Shown: positions 58,300-64,000 of the stretch, one piece after another
Layout: every line of letters starts with the position of its first letter
Position numbering within the stretch: position 1 is the stretch's first letter
Source: Ignavibacteria bacterium
GTDB taxonomy: Bacteria > Bacteroidota > Ignavibacteria > Kapaibacteriales > UBA2268
DNA length: 64,000 nucleotides
Direction of reading: 5' to 3'
NCBI GenBank assembly: GCA_012518115.1
Contig: JAAYTD010000005.1
Location: 155-64,154, forward strand
Translations under genes and position numbers: made by a program
The notes under the pieces: model-generated
What the model was told of the DNA's origin: nothing
Databases searched by the model: none
The model's input: the letters and a program-made list of their open reading frames with translations, nothing else

Positions 58300-59781
58300 C
58301 TATTTTTTTCTCATTTTTGCCATAAAAAAACCGTCAGTTTTATGGAAAAAAGGATATAAAGTTATATAGAAGTCATCTTCCGCTAAGTCTTCTATATATA
58401 TATTATTTTCTTCAAAACTTGGTTTTATAGCTTCAGGCATAAAATCAGGATTGTTTTCAAGAAAATATTTTATTATATTTTCATTTTCTTCTGCAAAGAC
58501 AGAACAAGTAGAATAAAGCAACACTCCACCCGGTTTTACTTTTTTAGAAAAATTAGTTAAAATATCTAACTGTTTTTCAGTCATCTTAGCAAGCATTTTC
58601 TTTGTAATTCTATATTTTTTCATGGGTTCGCGTCGGACAGTTCCGGATCCTGTGCAAGGTGCATCAACGAGAACATAATCAAATAGTGAAGCAATATTTT
58701 TTTGTTTTTTATTCAATTTTTTCAAGTTAAAATCATTATCAACCATAGCTGTTTCTATGGAATACAAATTAGCGAGAGTAGCTCTTTTTTTAACTTCTTT
58801 AAGTCTCATAAATTCTATATCACTAGCTATAATTTTCCCTTTGTCTTTTTGTAAGTTTGCTATATGTAAAGACTTACCGCCAGCTCCTGCACAAGCATCT
58901 AAAATTGTTGCCTCTTCTGTTGGGTTTAAGCAAAAAGCAACTAACTGACTAGCTTCATCTTGGATTTCAAAATCGCCGTTTTTATATGTCGGCAAAATAG
59001 TCAGCTGGTGGCGATTATGCAATGAAATAGAATGTGGCGAAAGAGAGCCATAAAAATAGGAAATATCAGCCTCAGATAAATGTGTAGCTAGTTGTTCACG
59101 CGTTGTATGTAAAGAATTTATTCGTAAGCAAGTAAAAGCAGGTTTATTAAAAGCTAATAAAAAATTTTGTATATTTGGATTGTCGAAAGCTAAAGACCTT
59201 TTAGCAAATAAGTTTCTTAAATATGAAGAATTAAGCAATAAATCAATAAAATCAGGCGAAAAAGAAAGATAATCAGAAAAATTAGAAGTTTTAGAAATAG
59301 AATTAATATGTTCTTTTGATATAAGATGTATATTTTCTATATAGTTAGAAATAGTATCTCTTGAAACTCCTAGATCTTGACATTCCTTTATTAAGGTTTC
59401 ATTAATCGTAGAATCTTGGGACTTGATTTTTTCAAGTATATTGTTTATATTAAGGTTATAGAAAATAGTAGGGAAATCTTCTGCTATAATTATTTGTATT
59501 AAAACTAAAATAGAAAAAGAATTTTTACTATACTTGAAACAATTTTTAATTTCTAAAGTATTTTTAAACTGTTCTGCTTCTAGTATATTATATATATTTT
59601 CTAGTAGAGAAAGATTACGCATAGTTAAAAAAATCAGTTCGGATATAAATTTTCGTTCTTTGCTTCCAATATATTTTTTAGAGCGTAAATAATTTGATAT
59701 TAATCTATCGCTCGGCATATTATTCTTGCTAATAATATTAAAAAGTTGTCCACAATGATCTAAAAGAGAAATTAATTTCAT
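58300..59781 (-). CDS. RsmB/NOL1/NOP2/Sun family RNA m5C methyltransferase
   Basis: QDEASQLV, LDACAGAGGKS, VLVDAPCTGSG..RR.P, YSTCS....ENE, DGFFMA. Confidence 0.9.
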   Translation of the reverse strand: MKLISLLDHCGQLFNIISKNNMPSDRLISNYLRSKKYIGSKERKFISELIFLTMRNLSLLENIYNILEAEQFKNTLEIKNCFKYSKNSFSILVLIQIIIAEDFPTIFYNLNINNILEKIKSQDSTINETLIKECQDLGVSRDTISNYIENIHLISKEHINSISKTSNFSDYLSFSPDFIDLLLNSSYLRNLFAKRSLAFDNPNIQNFLLAFNKPAFTCLRINSLHTTREQLATHLSEADISYFYGSLSPHSISLHNRHQLTILPTYKNGDFEIQDEASQLVAFCLNPTEEATILDACAGAGGKSLHIANLQKDKGKIIASDIEFMRLKEVKKRATLANLYSIETAMVDNDFNLKKLNKKQKNIASLFDYVLVDAPCTGSGTVRREPMKKYRITKKMLAKMTEKQLDILTNFSKKVKPGGVLLYSTCSVFAEENENIIKYFLENNPDFMPEAIKPSFEENNIYIEDLAEDDFYITLYPFFHKTDGFFMAKMRKK

Positions 59782-60197
59782 ATTTTTTCATAGTAAATTG
59801 CAAATATTTTATGTTGAATATACAATATTTTGGTATATAAATGGAAAAAATGTAAAGAAAATTACATATTTTTTTAAAAACATAGTTTTTTTTTGCAAAA
59901 AACGGCTTTTTTTAGTAAAAAATGTTTTTTTATTTTGATTATTTAATGAATAATTGCTAAATTGCACTTTGTAAAGGATACAATATTAAGTAGATTAATA
60001 TTTTTTATTGATTTTTACTGATTTGATTTATATCAAAACAGATAAAATTATTGGCATTATTTTTGATGTTGTTATTTGTAACACTGCATTAAATAATGAC
60101 GAACAAATTAGTAATGTTGTAATATATAATGTTATTAATATTAGAGTTAAATTTAGATAATAAATAATATTTTTAAAATAAATTGGAGATATACAAA

Positions 60198-60767
60198 ATG
60201 AGAAAAGTTCTGCTAACTTTAGCACTTTCTCTTGTCATTTGCTTTACAGCAAGTGCTGGTGAATATCAATTGAAGAAATGGGTTATTGGTGCCGGTGGCT
60301 TTGTAGGCTCGGTTTCCGGTGATTATAAAGCTTCAGGTATTATAGGTCAGTTAGTTATCGGCAAAGGGTCCGGTACAAGCGTTACAGGAGACGCATATAC
60401 AGTTTATAATGGTTTTTGGGTGCCAGAGCCAGACAATAGTAGTATTGTTGTGGCTGAGAATACTCAAGGTAAAATTACAAACTATCCTAATCCTGCAAAT
60501 AATTATACTAACTTCAAATTTGATTTGGAGCAAAGTGCTCATGTAACTTTGCGAGTTTTTGACGTTATGGGTAATGCTATTGCGACAGTATTAGATGGTT
60601 ATCTTGATGCAGGTAATCACAATGTTGATTGGAACTTACGCACTTCGTTAGGTGATGAGTTGGCTTCAGGTTCATATATGTATGAACTTCTTGTTAATTC
60701 CGCTTCAGCGAATCCTACAACATCTAGTAGTTATTCATTGAAAAATGTTGTTATAATTTCTAAATAA
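60198..60767 (+). CDS. Small secreted protein with T9SS type A C-terminal sorting domain
   Basis: Signal peptide; WVIGAGG...GIIGQ...YNGFW domain; NYPNP...VTLRVFDVMG...LASGSYMYEL CTD. ATG at 60198. Confidence 0.8.
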   Translation: MRKVLLTLALSLVICFTASAGEYQLKKWVIGAGGFVGSVSGDYKASGIIGQLVIGKGSGTSVTGDAYTVYNGFWVPEPDNSSIVVAENTQGKITNYPNPANNYTNFKFDLEQSAHVTLRVFDVMGNAIATVLDGYLDAGNHNVDWNLRTSLGDELASGSYMYELLVNSASANPTTSSSYSLKNVVIISK

Positions 60768-60818
60768 TTTTTAATCGAATTTAATTTTTTTGTAAAACAA
60801 TATAATAGGTAATTAAAA

Positions 60819-63800
60819 ATGAAGAAAAATCTTCTTCGCTTAATGGCTTTGGGTGTATTTGCTGCTTCAGCAACAGCGGTGGCAGAAGTCCCAACAACGT
60901 TTAACTTTCAAGGAAGGTTAACAAACACAAAAAATGAACCAGTAACATCAACTGTTGATGTAACGTTCGAAATTTTTGATGTTCCTCAAGGTGGAACACC
61001 ACTTCACACTGAGGTTATGAGTATTACTCCTGACCAAGGTTATTTTAATGTAAGAATTGGTGCTGATTTAACAAATCCAATTCAAAAAGCTGTTGTAGAC
61101 GGTAAAAAAGCTTTATGGTATCAAGTAACTTTTGCTGGTGTTAAACAACAAAGAGTTATGTTTGACGCTGTGCCTTACGCTTTAGGTGCTCAAGTTGCAA
61201 GTACTGCTGATACTGCTCTATTTGCATTCCAAGCGGATTCAGCTAATTATGCTGTAAAAGCAGGCGAAGCTAATCCAGTTGGACCAGCAGGTGGCGTATT
61301 ATCCGGAAATTATCCTAATCCTGGTTTCAACAATGCTAAATTTGTTGAAGCATTAAAAGGAAATCTGACATCAGATATGTTACCAGAAGATTTAAGAGCT
61401 GTTCCTAAAGGACCAGCTGATGGTGATATTGAAGGATATTATCCAAATAGCTTGAAAATTAAACAAAATGCAGTGAAAACTATCCATTTATTCAATGGAG
61501 CAGTTTCTCTACCTAAATTAGCTAAACCTGATTTTGAAGGTACTTCTAATATGATGTGGTGGAATCCAAATAATACTTCCGAGTATAAATGGGAATATTC
61601 TACTATTAAAAATATCATAGGTCCTAATTTAGATAACGGCGCTATTCCAGTTTGGGACGAAAATGCAGAAAGATTTAAACCAAGTGTTATTTCTGCTGAC
61701 GATGATGGCGCTCTTGTTGCAGGTGCTTTGACAGTTACAGGTGCAACAGTTACTAACGGTATCACAAATACAGGCGATATTACTAATAGCGGTAATATTG
61801 CAAATGCAGGCAATGTAGCTGTAGGTGGTACATTAGATGTAACAGGTGCAACTACTTTAAATAATACTTTAGCAGTAGCAGGTGCAACAACAACTAATGG
61901 TATCACAAATACAGGCGATATCAATAATAGTGGTGCGGTAAACACTGCAACTCTAACAACAACAGAAGGTGCAACAATCGGTGGTGATGTAGCTGTAGGT
62001 GGTACATTAGATGTAACAGGTGCAACTACTTTAAATAATACATTAGATGTAACAGGTGCAACTACTTTAGGTAGTACTTTAGATATAGCAGGTGCGACTA
62101 CTGTAGGTGGTACTTTAGCAGTAACAGGTGCAACAACTACAAACGGTATCACAAATACAGGTAATATTACTAGTAGTGGTGATATTACTAATGGTGGTAA
62201 TATTGCAAATACAGGTAATGTAGCTATAGGTGGTACATTAGACGTAGCAGGTGCAACTACTTTAGATAATACATTAGACGTAGCAGGTGCAACTACTGTA
62301 GGTGGTACTTTAGCAGTAGCAGGTGCAACAACAACTAATGGTATTACTAATACAGGCGATATCAGAACTACAAACAATATGATAGTTGAACGCAATTTAA
62401 CAGTTGCAGAAAAAACAACAACTGATAACTTAGTTGCTACTACAGCTACTTTCGGAAATGCAAACTATAGAATCGGTTCTCTTGATGCTAGAGGCTTGCC
62501 TCCAGGTGGTACTATTGATGAAGCTTTTGCTTCTAAAAAATATGTAGATGAAACTCTTAAAGTTACTGTTGTTGATGCAAACTATATCCCAGTTTCAAAC
62601 GGAGATAACTATGAGAACAGTATTATTAAACGTGCTGACGATCCTGCTGTTACTGATAGCGTATTTGTTGTTGGTAAATTGGGCGTAAGAGATAATATAA
62701 CTGCTCTTAACGGAAGTATGGAAGTACGCAATGCTGACAACACTAATCCTGGACAAGGCTTCAAAGTTTATAACGATGCTGTTAATACAGGTAGTGGTTC
62801 AATGCTCGCTTTCTTAGGCGAAGATGCTACTTCAGGTAAATTAGAATTATTCAATACTTATAAAGCTACAGCTGTTCAAACTACTCCTAATCCTATTGTT
62901 GGACTTGGAATAAATGATGAAGCAGGACCAATAGACGGTGGTATCATATCTGTTTATGACGGCGATGGACCAGGCGATGATCATGTTGTTGCTACTATGT
63001 ATTCAAACGATGACAATACAGGAAGCTTATATATAAAAAGTATATTACCAGGACCTGGCTTTAATGCTCCTGTTAATGCAAGACCTGCATTAAAAGTTGA
63101 TGGTTCAGTACCTTCTGTTCTTATGAATGCTAATGTGGATATGATATCTCCTGATAAAACTGCAACATTTAAATTAAACGATGATGGTACTATTATTACA
63201 AGTGGCACTACAATCTTTGAAGTAGAAGATGCAGGTGTTGATATTACAGGTGCTCTTCATACAACTGGTGATGCTACTTTCGATAACGATGTAGCAGTAG
63301 GTAACGATTTAAATGTAGCTGGTAATACAGATTTAACAGGTACATTAAATGTAGATGGTGCAACAACTATAAATAATACATTAGACGTAACAGGCTTAGC
63401 TAGCTTAGACGGCGGTATTAATGTAAATGATAAATTTACAGTAGATGGTGCTACAGGCAATATTGCTACTGCAGGTACTTTGAATGTAGCTGGTAATGCT
63501 AATCTTTTAGGTGACATTACTACTATCGGTGTAGATGCAACAGATAATTTAGTTGTAAATGCAACATCAACATTCGTTGCTCCTGTAACTGTAAATAATT
63601 TAACAGTTAATAATGATTTAACAGTATTAGGCAATACAACAACAAATGGTATTGATAATACAGGAGATATTAATAATACTGGTGCAGTAAATACTGCAAC
63701 TCTAAAAACAACAGGTAATGCGGAAATCGGTGGCAATCTAGATGTACTTGGCAACACAGATTTAACAGGTACATTAAATGTAGATGGTGCAACAACTATA

Positions 63801-64000
63801 AATAATACATTAGATGTAACAGGTTTAGCTAGCTTAGACGGTGGAATTAATGTAAATGATAAATTTACAGTAGAACCTACTGCAGGTAATACTTTAACTA
63901 AAGGTAATTTGACTGTAGAAGGCAATACAACTTTAGGTAATGATGCAGCTGTTGATGTAGTTACAATTACTGCTGACGTTACTCTTACAGCAAATAGCGA
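60819..64000 (+). CDS. Giant fibre/adhesin-like repeat protein, 3'-truncated by window end (>1060 aa)
   Basis: Missing from the ORF track. MKKNLLRLMALGVFAASATAVAEVPTTFNFQGRL...VPYAL...GPAGGVLSGNYPNP, then GGTLDVTGATTLNNTL-type repeats. Frame checked in-phase at 61800 and 63960. Confidence 0.85.
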   Translation, partial: MKKNLLRLMALGVFAASATAVAEVPTTFNFQGRLTNTKNEPVTSTVDVTFEIFDVPQGGTPLHTEVMSITPDQGYFNVRIGADLTNPIQKAVVDGKKALWYQVTFAGVKQQRVMFDAVPYALGAQVASTADTALFAFQADSANYAVKAGEANPVGPAGGVLSGNYPNPGFNNAKFVEALKGNLTSDMLPEDLRAVPKGPADGDIEGYYPNSLKIKQNAVKTIHLFNGAVSLPKLAKPDFEGTSNMMWWNPNNTSEYKWEYSTIKNIIGPNLDNGAIPVWDENAERFKPSVISADDDGALVAGALTVTGATVTNGITNTGDITNSGNIANAGNVAVGGTLDVTGATTLNNTLAVAGATTTNGITNTGDINNSGAVNTATLTTTEGATIGGDVAVGGTLDVTGATTLNNTLDVTGATTLGSTLDIAGATTVGGTLAVTGATTTNGITNTGNITSSGDITNGGNIANTGNVAIGGTLDVAGATTLDNTLDVAGATTVGGTLAVAGATTTNGITNTGDIRTTNNMIVERNLTVAEKTTTDNLVATTATFGNANYRIGSLDARGLPPGGTIDEAFASKKYVDETLKVTVVDANYIPVSNGDNYENSIIKRADDPAVTDSVFVVGKLGVRDNITALNGSMEVRNADNTNPGQGFKVYNDAVNTGSGSMLAFLGEDATSGKLELFNTYKATAVQTTPNPIVGLGINDEAGPIDGGIISVYDGDGPGDDHVVATMYSNDDNTGSLYIKSILPGPGFNAPVNARPALKVDGSVPSVLMNANVDMISPDKTATFKLNDDGTIITSGTTIFEVEDAGVDITGALHTTGDATFDNDVAVGNDLNVAGNTDLTGTLNVDGATTINNTLDVTGLASLDGGINVNDKFTVDGATGNIATAGTLNVAGNANLLGDITTIGVDATDNLVVNATSTFVAPVTVNNLTVNNDLTVLGNTTTNGIDNTGDINNTGAVNTATLKTTGNAEIGGNLDVLGNTDLTGTLNVDGATTINNTLDVTGLASLDGGINVNDKFTVEPTAGNTLTKGNLTVEGNTTLGNDAAVDVVTITADVTLTANS

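Noticed and set aside
61439-63925. Long minus-strand ORFs 61439-62395, 62981-63208 and 63257-63925
   Set aside because: Antisense shadows of the repetitive plus-strand fibre gene starting at 60819.

Overview
AT-rich bacterial chromosome segment from the FCB (Bacteroidota/Chlorobi/Ignavibacteria/Kapabacteria) superphylum, judged from TAnnTTTG -7 promoter motifs, T9SS C-terminal sorting domains, lpxK and an Oar-like receptor. It is probably origin-proximal: there are two parS sites (37969, 38110) and a DnaA-box-like, AT-rich oriC candidate at about 36.2-36.6 kb. Housekeeping genes include menA, adk, aspA, hslU, sppA, an spt-like gene, priA, tsaB, lpxK and an rsmB-like gene. Five elements stand out. 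(1) An 11-heme, doubly membrane-anchored cytochrome c lies upstream of a two-gene ETF:quinone oxidoreductase plus fused EtfB-EtfA that carries bifurcating-type motifs. (2) An 11.9-kb integrase-free three-gene cassette (beta-barrel, 2506-aa TANFOR-like protein, FN3 protein) is bracketed by a ~130-bp direct repeat that duplicates a terminator and the last 21 codons of the neighbouring methyltransferase, differing almost only at synonymous sites. (3) A ~4150-aa T9SS Ig-repeat surface protein is split by a one-base frameshift in an A5 run. (4) A small T9SS-sorted protein is paired with a giant repeat-rich fibre-like gene that runs off the window and is missing from the ORF track. (5) A dense family of composite REP-like palindromic elements occupies about 13 intergenic sites. 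No tRNA, rRNA, CRISPR array, integrase or transposase was seen. All protein calls come from motif recognition by eye, not database searches.
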